From an uncultured Candidatus Micrarchaeota archaeon (GTDB lineage Archaea; Micrarchaeota; Micrarchaeia; Anstonellales; Bilamarchaeaceae), in NCBI GenBank assembly GCA_963714085.1, contig OY970229.1:288001-352000 (forward strand): a DNA stretch of 64,000 bases, read 5' to 3'. The notes under the pieces were generated by a model. The model did no database searches and was not told where the DNA came from. It saw nothing but the letters and a program-made list of their open reading frames with translations. Shown piece after piece: positions 48,801 to 58,400 of this stretch. Both the position numbers and the translations under genes were made by a program. Every line of letters begins with the position of its first letter. Position 1 is the stretch's first letter.

Positions 48801-49142
48801 GTAGACCGTTCCGACCCTTCCGAAGGAGCTCACATCGGCGACGCTCGTGGAAGTCTCTCCGAGCGCGGAGACGTTGTCCAGGTGGCACATGAGCACGAGG
48901 CTGCTGTCACTGGACGTGTAGTCCGTGCCGTTCCAGTCGTAGGTGAACGAACCCAGCGGGTGGGCGGTCTCGTTTACGCTTATGTTGACCAGCATGGTCC
49001 GGTTGGATACGGTCGCGGCTTCGTCCTGGGTCGGCGGGCTGAATGCGATGGCCGGTTGGGCGTGGCTGAGTGGCACGCAGGCCAGGCTGAAAAGCAGGGC
49101 CAGTAATAATGCTACGAATGTCACATTTCCCCTACGATGCAT
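42762..49142 (-). CDS. Giant surface glycoprotein 1, N-terminal part: signal peptide, 5 LamG, 2 beta-helix regions, first half of NIDO-like domain (frameshifted relative to 22666..42843)
   Basis: Signal peptide, TTTTAAAT ~21 nt upstream; ends just after LPFNVTLFG...ISTNGFI; overlaps the next ORF in another frame. Confidence 0.9.
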   Translation of the reverse strand: MHRRGNVTFVALLLALLFSLACVPLSHAQPAIAFSPPTQDEAATVSNRTMLVNISVNETAHPLGSFTYDWNGTDYTSSDSSLVLMCHLDNVSALGETSTSVADVSSFGRVGTVYGGASFTPSGKYGGAYTFDGVDGYIGFPNAATNATDNWTLAAWINPAVLPQATTIAVYNGRDYGGYGFGVIGDHLEGLFGGVVIIDSGYAFPSANQWYYVTMTRRDGTTYLYVDGVVTPGTSSASPDSTLDGFSIGCLFHDYGPPFFFFNGSVDEVMALNRSLSASEIQQLYLSNPISYGANYTPYDPSLLLMYNFDNVSSLGENGSQVTDLSMYGNNTATCTDPYCPTWTLDGRYGGAYHFDGVDEQFTTNDLSTVPLTFSTWIKLDSTHIGWLQGLATDNGQGWVLYLGSDNTLRFGQAYIADAAPSTGRIMDTDWHQVAVTYDGSSVDYYIDGAPAGTSPFSNPINHNGIYYIGSYIGGFLNGSMDEMRFYNRTLSASEIQQLYESNLNKYAPGQWQFSINQPFGPFQPGDYNFTYSGCAQDTLAFENCTSRDVTYQPAPPAIAFSPPTPDNGSTTSASSILINISMNSTSNPLGVFTLGWNGTNRTLPGNGVYDSSLVLAYEFDNLPYLGEDGHHVTDLSTYGDNATCTDPDCPMWTLNGKYGGAYHFDGVQDYFDTGNLDYSQLTVSAWIDKESDSPQWMYILHSRNDGGFGFGITNDNHLYLEWRGHFTTISTDTVTDGAWQHVAVTYNGTSAIFYIDGIPEENPGFSVSYGGGGDYVIGTSGGGDSYFNGTMDDLRVYDRALPASEIAQLYNSTNWQFSTTQSFGLFPSGDHNFTYSACIADMFGSENCTSRDVTFRIIPPAIAFSAPTPDEGASTTNYTMPINISVNETSNLLSTFVFNWNGTNRTLPGNGIYDSSLVLAYEFDNLSYLGEDGHHVTDLSTYGNNATCSGSSCPAWTPDGKFGGAYQFDGTQTYFNSGVNLDHNVPLTFTAWIKRDRVGSNDGIFASMNCGGWGVRIDSDNTLRLTHTCNSDRASSSTITDTAWHFVSVTYDGSNVNFYIDGVPAGSQGYSDTFNSGAGHYGVGEQNMDGGFYFQGLIDDLRVYDRVLPPSEIAQLYDSTNWQFFTNQPFGSLPAGEYNFTYSACVQDAFGSENCTETRNITHDVIAPEIAFAPPTPDEAAATNDSSIPINVTVNETSNPLTRLVLDWNGTNLTYEPTNDLVLLYHFDNLSALGEDSSHIADSSVYGNRITCSGTSCPKWTSAGRFNGAYHFDGTDYLTVPDSPSLDPTNGLTLSVWVNVSDNFPYYEDLITKLANPITPYWGSPYATYALRTNGVHAEFWTANPGYALDSNTVLSSGQWYMLTATYDGSQEKLYINGVLDNWRAQSGAIPSSPYPLMLGSHGTSPSSEFFNGTMDEVRIYNRSLSASEIQQLYLGNPLSYNPGSTQFLLNQPFGFIPLSGYYNFTYSACVQDSGANENCTETRNVTYHNINCPVISAPGLYTMDRDYSGAPNSVSPLAGNACVKITASNVVFDCAGHAITNHGIAGTTYGIMVSSSASNVTVQNCPGISAYTYGAVAYQSNGDLFANDTVYGCSYGFSPQSSNGDLFTNDTVSGSGYGFYLQSSNNDNLTNNTAHDNSQYGVYIQKSNNTQISYDRYFNNSVASFYITTDGTNRTVNLTGVVFDNPTGSMAGYTNLSINDQLKSETYTIKWANSPPTLPQNRVSFAQKFVNISKVSGTVSIDSIRWSWTDPESSGHNESSFQLWKYNGTWSNTGAALDTGADTLALTNLNPASTYGILETIQTCQVVDSPGTFTMANSYLGAPNDASEMPDGGMACVKIAASNVVFDCNGDTITGNGTTGISYGIAIVPSLTNVTVQNCPLISNYTYGLYAYQSDNDTFASVTAHNNSIGFALNSTQDSNFTSCNASGNSLWAFSSSDDSTGIVVQNLSLGNNTLSFEPKDVNIQDSGRPRTNSGSPNIEIDILSTQGDGTKVTGLSGGAGSPSSITSFGPTIVDYNGSVAYYAGTNGSVLSSNTATDLTPVSGMTVLGSMYGDEGVSDDITLPFNVTLFGRQNDHIRISTNGFIYMNNETVVSDDSSCCDEDYMSSQGITRVRITWSPACGRT

Positions 49143-49292
49143 GCAGGTGTTACTTATACAGCATTTAAAAAGATTCTTGCTCGCTGAGCATGGTTTTCTT
49201 GATCAACGGGCATACGTAAACCGCATGCTGCAAGAGCGTTGAGAGGCTATGGAAAAGGATTATAATAGGAGCATTACAAGAATCAACACTCC

Positions 49293-49366
49293 GCCCTCGT
49301 AGTCTAACCTGGACAGAACGTCAGCTTGCGGAGCTGATTATCCGTGTTCAAATCACGGCGAGGGCG
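49293..49366 (+). tRNA. tRNA-Arg(GCG)
   Basis: Acceptor GCCCTCG/CGAGGGC+G, anticodon arm TCAGC-TTGCGGA-GCTGA, T arm CCGTG-TTCAAAT-CACGG; TTATAA ~28 nt upstream. Confidence 0.95.
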
Positions 49367-49403
49367 ATTTCAATCACCGGCTTATTTTGAAGGAAAGCCC
49401 GGC

Positions 49404-52400
49404 TCAGGCCGGCGGCGGATTCTGCGGCGGGGTTGCCGGAGGCGACTGCCTCGTGTGCCAGGGTTTGCGCGGCGGCCTGCCGGCGGTGAGGAACTCGTAT
49501 GCCAGGAAAGCCAGGACCATGGCCGCGGATATCAGCACCGGCATCCACCAGTAGCTCTCCAGTCCCGGGGACGGAGGCTGGACCGCGCCCTGCGCCGATG
49601 AGTTCGACGGGGGCTGGACCGCCATGTTGAGGCTTAGCGTCGTGGAGACGCCTCCGTGGGCCACGTTCACCGTGTAATAGCCGTGCAGCTGGAACGGGAG
49701 CATGGATTCGCCGTTCGCGTCCGTGGTGACCTGGGAGCTCGTCGCGTTGGGCCCGTATATCTGGAGTATGGCGTTCGCCAGCGGAAGCCCGCCCACCGTG
49801 AGCAGGATCACTCCCTCTCCGCTCGGGCCCTCGTTGGAGCCGGTGATGTTCGGGACGTCGCACGAGTTGGCCACGCAGAACTGGCCCTGGCGGCAGTCGG
49901 TGTCCGCGCAGCATTCGTATTGGTGCCAGGCATGGTTCTCGACGTAACCGCAGGAGCTCGTCACGGACTGGCAGACCCCCAGGGTCGTGTTGCAGAAGGC
50001 CGTGGACGGGCATTGCGCGTCCGCTGTGCAGTTGACCTGGGGCGAGACCGGCGGGACCACAGGCGGGGTGACGTTCGCCGGGGCCCCCGCGGCGCATGTC
50101 GTGTACGTGAAGTTGTTGATTCCGGACCTGTAGCCCTGCTTGGAGCCGTCGATCTCGTAGCTCCCGTTCGCGGCCAGGTGGAACACCGCGGTGGCGTCGC
50201 TTCCGGTCGTGGCCGAGTAAAGCGTCCCCTCGTACGGTTTCGTGAGCAGGAGCTTCACGCTCACGCCCGATGTGGACGAGGTCACGGTCACCTCGTCGGA
50301 CGGGCATGGCGCTATCACGTAGGAGAGCAGCAGCGACGGCTCGGTGTACGGCCCTGACGCGTATCCTCCGCCACCGCCTCCTCCGCCTCCCCCTCCGGAT
50401 GGCGGGGGCGGGGGCGGCGCTGGAGCGGATATCGTGAAGACGTAGCCCGCCGACGAGTTCGTATTGCCGTAGATGTCGGTGCAGGTCACTATCCAGGTGT
50501 GGCGTCCCAGCGCGACGAGCGGGCTCGTCTGGTCGGAGGAGCCGCTCACGAAGGCGTCGTCGGTGTAGTTGGGCGACCCGTCCAGGTAAAGCGAGCAGTT
50601 CATCGTGGGGGACGCGGCATCCGTCGCAGTGAAGTTGAGGTCCACGACCATGGGTGCGCTCGATGTCAGGCCGGCTCCGTTCGCAGGGCTGTTGAGCGCT
50701 ATGTTCGGCAGGACCGAGCTGGAGTTGAAGCTCCTGGTCTCGCTCGTGTTCGCGTTGCCCGCGTTGTCCGTGCACGTCACGTACCAGGTGTGGTTCCCGT
50801 CGCTTATGCCGCTGACGCTGAAGACGGCCAGGGTGTTGTTCGCCGCGGGCTCGGTCTGCTTCGGGACGCCGTCGATGAAGAGCGAGCAGCTCATCGCCGA
50901 GGCGAGGTTGTCCGTCGCGGTGAAGTTGAATGCGACCGCCGCTGTGGTGAGCGACTGGTTGTACGGGGATAGGAGGCTCACGGCCGGGGCGGTCGTGTCC
51001 ACGGTGAAGCTCCTGGGGATGCTCGTGCCGTTGTTGCCGGCCCCGTCGATGCAGGTGACGTTCCAGGTGTAGGCCCCCTCGCCCGTGACGTTGTAGCCCA
51101 GGGCCGTCAGGGTGTCGTTGGATGCGGTCGTGGAGTTGACTACCGCGCCGTTGATGGTGAGGTTGCATGAGGCGTTCGGGAAGAACGGGTCCGTCTCGTT
51201 GAATATGAAGTTCAATTGCGTCGACGAGCTGTTGAAGCCGTCGGCCGGGGAGACGAGGATTACGGTCGGCCCTGTGGTGGCGACCGTGAAGCCCCAAGTC
51301 GCGCTGGTGTTCGTATTGTTGGCGAAATCCTTGCAGGAGACGCTCCATGTGTGCGGGCCGCCGACCAGGTTCGCGTCGCCCATGTCAGCCGGTACATTGT
51401 TCGTAGCGGTGGTCGAGTTCACCGCGTGGCCGTCCACGGTGAGGTTGCATGATGCGGTCGGGTATACCGGGTCCGTCTCGTTGAAGCTGAAGTCTATCGA
51501 GGTCGCCGGGGTGGCGCTGTTGTTGTACGGGGAGTTGAGGCTCACGGTCGGGGCCGTGGTGACGACCGTGAAGTTCTCCGTTCCGCTCACATTGCTGTTG
51601 TTGGCGTTGTCCGTGCAGTTGACGTACCAGGTGTGGTTCCCGTCGGCTATGCCGCTGACGTTGAAGACGGTGGCGGTGTTGTTGCTCACCGAGGAGTTGG
51701 TCCGGTTCGGGGCGTCGTCGAGGACGAGCAAGCAGCTCATCTTCTGGGCCAGGTTGTCCTGAGCCGTGAAGTTGAAGTAGACCGACGATGAATTGAGCGT
51801 CGACAGGTTGTATGGGGAGTTGAGGCTTATGCTCGGCGGGGTGGTGTCCACCGTGAAGTTCCTCGGGAGGCTTGAGCTCGTGTTGCCGCCGTCATCCGTG
51901 CAGGAGACGTTCCAGGTGTAGGCCCCGTCGGCCGGGACGGTGTAGCCCATGGTCGTCACGGTGCTGTTGTTGGCGGTGGTGGAGTTCACCGATGCGCCGT
52001 TGACCATGAGGCTGCACGACGCGTTCGTATAGAACAGATCCGTCATGTTGAAGGTGAAGTTCAGCGCGGTAGCCGAGGTGTTGAGGCCGCTGATTGGCGA
52101 GAGGGAGACCACGATCGGACCTCCTATGACGACCGTCAAGCTCCAGGTCGCGCTGGTGTTCGTATTGTTCGCGAAGTCGGTGCAGGACACGCTCCATGTG
52201 TGCGGGCCGGCGCTGATGCCCGAGTCTCCCAAGGTCGCCGGGGTGTTGTTCGTCGCGGTCGTGGAGTTGACCGAATGGCCGTCCACGGTGAGGTTGCATG
52301 ATGCGGTCGGGTATACCGGGTCCGTCTCGTTGAAGCTGAAGCTCAGCGACGCCGCCGCGGTGACGCTGTTGTTGTACGGGGAGTTGAGGACGACGCTCGG

Positions 52401-55400
52401 GGCGGTGGTGATTACCGTGAAGTTCCTTATCGCGCTCACATTGCTGTTGTTGGCGTTGTCCGTGCACTGGACATACCAAGTGTAGTTCCCGTCGGCTATG
52501 TTGCTTATCGGGAAGGCGGTCAGGGTGTTGTTGGCGGTCTGGAAATTGGTCTGGGTGAGGGAGCCGTCGATGAAAAGGGAACATGGCATCTTCTTGGCCA
52601 GGTTGTCAGTCGCGGTGAAGCTGAAGGAGACTGATGACGAGTTTAGCGTCGACAGATTGGCGGGCGAGCCGAGGCTGATGCTCGGGGGTGTCGTGTCATC
52701 CGTGAAGTTCCAGGTCTGGCTGTTGGTCGAGAAGAGGCTGTTCTGGCAGGCGACGTGCCAGGTGTCGAATCCCTGGCTCACTGCGGAGCCCATGGTCGTT
52801 TGGACGCCCGTCGTCGCGTAGGTGGCATTGACCTGAGAGATGCCCAAATAGAGCCGACAGTACACCGTTGGGACGAAGTCGGTCGCGGTGAAAGTGAAGT
52901 TCAACGCCGTCGCCGAGGTGTTGGTGCCGTTGAACGGGGAGTTGAGGGTAACACCCGGGCCGGTGATGAAGATATTGAAGTTCCAGGTCGGGCTGGCGCC
53001 GCTGTTCTTGGCGGCATCGGTGCAGAGGATGCTCCAGTTGTACGCCCCGTAAGTCGGCAAGGTGTAGCTTATGCTCGCCGGGGTGTTGTTCGCGGCTGTC
53101 ACGTTATTGCCATAATGCGGGTAGCCGTTGATGTAAAGGAAGCATGACGCGTTCGTGAAGACCGGGTCGGTCTCGTTGAAGCTGAAGGTAATCGGATATC
53201 CCGAGGTGTTGTATCCGTTTATCGGCGAGTTGAGGACCACGGTCGGGTGCGTCGTCACGACCCTGAAATTCCAGGCCGCGCTCACGTTGCTGTTGTTGGC
53301 CGGGTCGGTGCAGTTGACGTACCAGGAGTGGGTCCCGTCGCCTATGCCGCTCAGCGAGAAGAAGGTCGGCGTGTTGTTGTCCGTGAAGGGGGCGACCTGG
53401 CCCGTCGGCAGGTTGTCCAGGAAGAGGGCGCAGCTCATCGTCGGGGACAGGCTGTCCAGCGCGGTGAAGTTGAATGAGACCGTGGATATGTTGAACAGCG
53501 TGTTGTTGGCCGGCGTCCCGGGGATCACGGTCGGGGCGGCCGTCTCCACCGTGAAGGTCCTCGGTGCGCTCGAGCCGGTGTTGCCTGCGCCGTTCGTGCA
53601 GGAGACGTTCCAGGTGTAGGCCCCCTGGGCCGGGACGGCGTACCCCAGGGTCGTCACGGTGCTGTTGTTGGCGGTGGTGGAGTTCACAGATGCGCCGTTG
53701 ATGGTGAGGTTGCACGAGGCGTTCGTGTAGAAGTGGTCCGTCTCGTTGAACGTGAAATTCAATTGCGTCGACGAGGTGACGAAGCCGTCGGACGGGGAGA
53801 TGGAGGCTACGGTCGGAGCCGCTGAGATGAGGGTGAAGTTCCAGGTCGCGCTCGTGTTGGCGTTGTTGGCCGCATCCCTGCATGAGACGCTCCAGTTGTG
53901 GGCCCCGTCGGCCAGGCCGGAGTAGCCAAGGGTCGTCGGGGTGTTGTTGTTGGCCGTGGTGGAGTTGACCGGTGCGCCGTCCACTATCAGGCTGCACGGC
54001 GCCGCCGGGTAGACCGGGTCGGTCTCGGTGAAGGTGAAATTCATCGCCGTCGCCGTGCTGACGTTGCCGTTGGCCGGCGAGTTGAGCAGGACCGTGGGGG
54101 CGGTTGTGACTATTGTGAAGCTCCTGGCCGCGCTCGCGTTGCTGTTGTTGGCCGGGTCGGTGCAGTTGACGTACCAGGAGTGGGCCCCGTCGGCTATGCC
54201 GCTGACCAGGAGGACGGTCGGGGTGTTGTTTATCGAGGAGCTGGTCCGGTTCAGGTGGCTGTCCAGGAAGAGCGAGCAGTTCGTCGCCGGGGCCAGGTTG
54301 TCCGTCGCGGTGAAGTTGAAGGAGACCGCGGACGAGTTGATCGTGGCCAAATCATATGGGGAATTGAGGCCCACGGACGGGGCGGTCGTGTCCACCGTGA
54401 GGCTCCTGGTGAGGCTCGTGTTTGTATTGTTGAGGGCATCCGTGCAGGTGACGTTCCAGCTGTAGGCGCCCTGGGCCGGGACGGCGTACCCCAGGGTCGT
54501 CACGGTGCTGTTGTTGGCGGTGGTGGAGTTCACCGATGCGCCGTTGATCGTGAGGTTGCACGAGGCGTTCGTGAAGAAGCGCTCCGTCTCGTTGAACGTG
54601 AAGTTCAATTGCGTCGCCGAGGTGTTGAGGCCGCTGATCGGTGAGACGAGGAGCACGGCCGGGGGAATGGTGACGAGGGTGAAGTTCCATGTCGCGCTAG
54701 TATTGGCGTTGTTCGCGGCATCGGTGCAGGTGACGCTCCAGTTGTGGGCCCCGTCGGAGAGGCCCGAGTCGCTGATCGTCGCCGGGACGTTGTTCGTAGC
54801 GGTGGTCGAGTTGACGGAGTGGCCGTCGATGCTGAGGTTGCATGACGCGTTTGCGTATACCGGGTCGGTCTCGTTGAAGCTGAAGTTGAGCGTCTTCGCG
54901 GAGATGACGCTGCCGTTTGGCGGGGAGTTGAGGACCACTGTGGGGGCCGTGGATACGACGCTGAAGTTCCAGGTCGCGCTCAAGGCGGTGTTGTTGGCGT
55001 TGTCCGTGCAGTTGACGTACCAGGTGTGGGGCCCGTCTGCCATGCCGCTCACGTTGAAGATGGTGGCGGTGTTGTTGCTCACCGAGGAGTTGGTCCGGTT
55101 CAGGTGGCTGTCCAGGAAGAACGAGCAGCTCATCTTCTGGGCCAGGTTGTCGGTCGCGGTGAAGTTGAAGGCGACCGATGCTGAATTGACCGTAGACATG
55201 TTGTACGGGGAATTGAGGCTCACCACCGGCGGGGTCGTGTCCACGGTGAAGCTCCTGGTCACGCTCGTATTGGCATTGCCGGTGCCATCGCTGCAGCTGA
55301 CGTTCCAGTAGTGGATGCCGTCTAGCAGGTTGGAGTAGCTCACGTTCGTCACGGTGTCGTTCTGCGCCACCGTGGAGAGGCGGAAGGAGCCGTCAATCGT

Positions 55401-58400
55401 GAGGTTGCATGAGGCCGTCGTGAAGACCGGGTCGGTCTCGTTGAAGCTGAAGCTTATCGTGGTTGCCGAGGTGTTGAAGCCGTTGGGCGGGGAGACGAGG
55501 AACACGCTCGGTGACGTGACGATGGTGGTGAAGGTCCAGATCCCGCTTGCGCCGGTGTTGTTTGCCGCGTCGATGCAGGAGACGCTCCAGGTGTGGCTGC
55601 CGTTGATTATGCCCGAGTCGCTCATCGTCGCCGGGACGTTGTACGTCGCATTGGTCGAGTTGACGACCGAGCCGTCCACGCTGAGGTTGCATGAGACCGT
55701 CGTGTAGACCGGGTCCGTCTCGGTGAAGGTGAAGTTGATCGCCGTCGCCGAGGTGATGAAGCCGCTGAGCGGCGAGCCGAGGGTCACGCTCGGCCCGGTG
55801 GTGATGACCGTGAAGTTCCAGGCCGCGCTCGTTCCCGTGTTGTTCGCGGGGTCGGTGCACTCCACGTACCAGGAGTGGTTCCCGTCGCTTATGCCGCTGA
55901 TCGAGAGGATGGTCGGGATGCCGTTGGGTGCTGTGGCGTCGCTCACGTTCCGATGGTTGTCGAGGAAGACCGAGCAGTTCATCGCCGGAGCCAGGTTGTC
56001 CGTCGGCGTGAAGTTGAAGGAGACCGATGGCGAATTGACCGTAGACATGTTGTACGGGGAATTGAGGCTTATGCCCGGGGCGGTGGTGTCCACCGTGAAG
56101 CTCCTGGGCGAGCTTGTGCCGATGTTGCCGACGGCATCCGCGCAGGTGACGTTCCAGGCGTATACCCCCTGGGCCGTGACGTTGTAGCCCAATGTCGCCG
56201 GGGTGTTGTTGAACGCCGTGGTCGAGTTGACTACCGTGCCGTTGATGGTGAGGTTGCACGATGCGTTCGCGAAGACCGGGTCGGTCTCGCTGAAGGTGAA
56301 GTTCAATTGCGTCGCCGAGGTGTTGAGGCCGCTGATCGGTGAGGCGAGGGTCACCGTCGGGGCCTCCGTGGTGACCGTGAAGCTCCAGGCCGCGCTCGCG
56401 TTGGTATTATTGGCGGCGTCCTTGCACGAGACGCTCCAGTTATAGGTCCCGTCATTCGCCAGGGTGTCGCCCAGCGTCGCCGGGGTGTTGTTGTATGCAA
56501 TGACCGTGTTGACGGCCGTGCCGTTCACGATGAGGCTGCATGAGGCGTTCGGATAGACCGGGTCGGTCTCGTTGAAGCTGAAGTTCAACGACCTTGTGGA
56601 TGCGATGCTGTTGTTGGCTGGCGAGTTGAGGGCGACGCTCGGGACCGAGGTGACGACGCTGAAGTTCCAGGTCGCGCTAATGTTCGTATTATTGGCGTTG
56701 TCCGTGCAGTTGACGTACCAGGTGTGGGGCCCGTCGGCCATGCCGCTCACGTTGAGGATGGTGGCGGTGTTGTTGCTCACCGAGGAGTTGGTCCGGTTCA
56801 GGTGGCTGTCCAGGAAGAGCGAGCAGCTCATCTTCTGGGCCAGGTTGTCAGTCGCGGTGAAGTTGAAGGAGGCCGATGGCGAATTGACCGTAGACATGTT
56901 GTACGGTGAATTGAGGCTTATGCTCGGGGCGGTGGTGTCCACCGTGAAGTTCCTGGTGAGGCTCGTGTTCGTATTGCCGGCGCTGTCGGTGCAGGTGACG
57001 TTCCAGGCGTAGGCCCCCTGGGCCGGGACGGTGTAGCCCATGGTCGTCACGGTGCTGTTGTTGGCGGTGGTGGAGTTCACCGATGCGCCGTTGATCGTGA
57101 GGTTGCATACGGCGCTCGCGTAGACCGGGTCCGTCTCGTTGAAGCTGAAGCTCAACGCGGTCGAGGACGTGTTGAGGCCGTTGATCGGGGAGACCAGGGT
57201 CACCGTCGGAGCCGAGGTGATGATGGTGAAGTTCCATGTCGCGCTAGTATTCGTATTGTTGGCGGCATTGGTGCAGTAGACGCTCCAGTTGTGGTTTCCG
57301 TCGGCCAGGCCGGAGTGTCCTAAGGAAGTCAGGCTGCCGTTCGCCGCCGTGGTGGAGTTGCGGACTGAGCCGTCAACTATCAGGCTGCATGAGGCGTTCG
57401 TGAAGACCGGGTCGGTCTCGTTGAAGGTGAAGTTGACCGCGGTCGCGGTGATGTTCAGGCCGTTGGCCGGGGAGACGAGCGTCACGGTCGGCGCAGTGGA
57501 GACGACGCTGAAGTTCCGGAGCTCGCTTTCGCCCGTATTGTTGACGTTGTCGGTGCACTCTACGTCCCAGTCGTGGCTCCCGTCGTGTATGTTGGTTACC
57601 GTGAGGACGGTCGGGGTGTTGTTCAGCACCGAGGAGTTGAACTTGATCGGGGTATGGTCTATGGAGATTGTGCAGTTCGCAGTCGGGTCAAGGTTGTCCG
57701 TCTCAGTGAAGTTGAACGCTACCGTGGAGGAGTTGAACAGCGACAGGTTGGCCGGCGAGTTGAGGCTCACGAAGGGTTCTGTCGTGTCCACGGTGAACCT
57801 CCTGGTGGCGCTCGTGGCTGCATTGCCGATCGCATCGGCGCAGGAGATGTTCCAATAATGGACCCCCTCGCCGAGGCTGTAGCTCACGGTCGTCAGGCTG
57901 CTGTTCAATGCGACTGCGGAACTGCGGAAGGAACCGTCGATGGTGAGGTTGCACGAGGCCGTTGCGTAGAACGGATCGGTCTCGTTGAATATGAAGTCCA
58001 ATGCCGTCGAGGAGGTGTTCAGGCCGTTTATCGGGGAGACGAGGACGACGTTCGGTCCGGCGGTCACTATGGTGAAGCTCCTGGTGGCGCTCGAATTGGT
58101 ATTGTTGGCTGAATCGGTGCAGGAGACGTTCCAGTGGTAGGTGCCGTCGCTCAGGCCTGAGTAGCCGAGTGTGACGGGCGTGTTGTTCGACGCCGTCGTG
58201 GAGTTGCGGACCGTGCCGTTGATCATGAGGCTGCATGAGGCGTTCGTGAAGACCGGGTCGGTCTCCGTGAAGCTGAAGTTGATTGACGTCGCCGTGGTGA
58301 TGTTGGAGTCGGCCGGGGTGTCGAGGACGACCGTGGGCGCGGTGGTCACGATTGTGAAATTCCAGGCCGGGCTCGTTCCCGTGTGGTTGAAGACGTCCGT

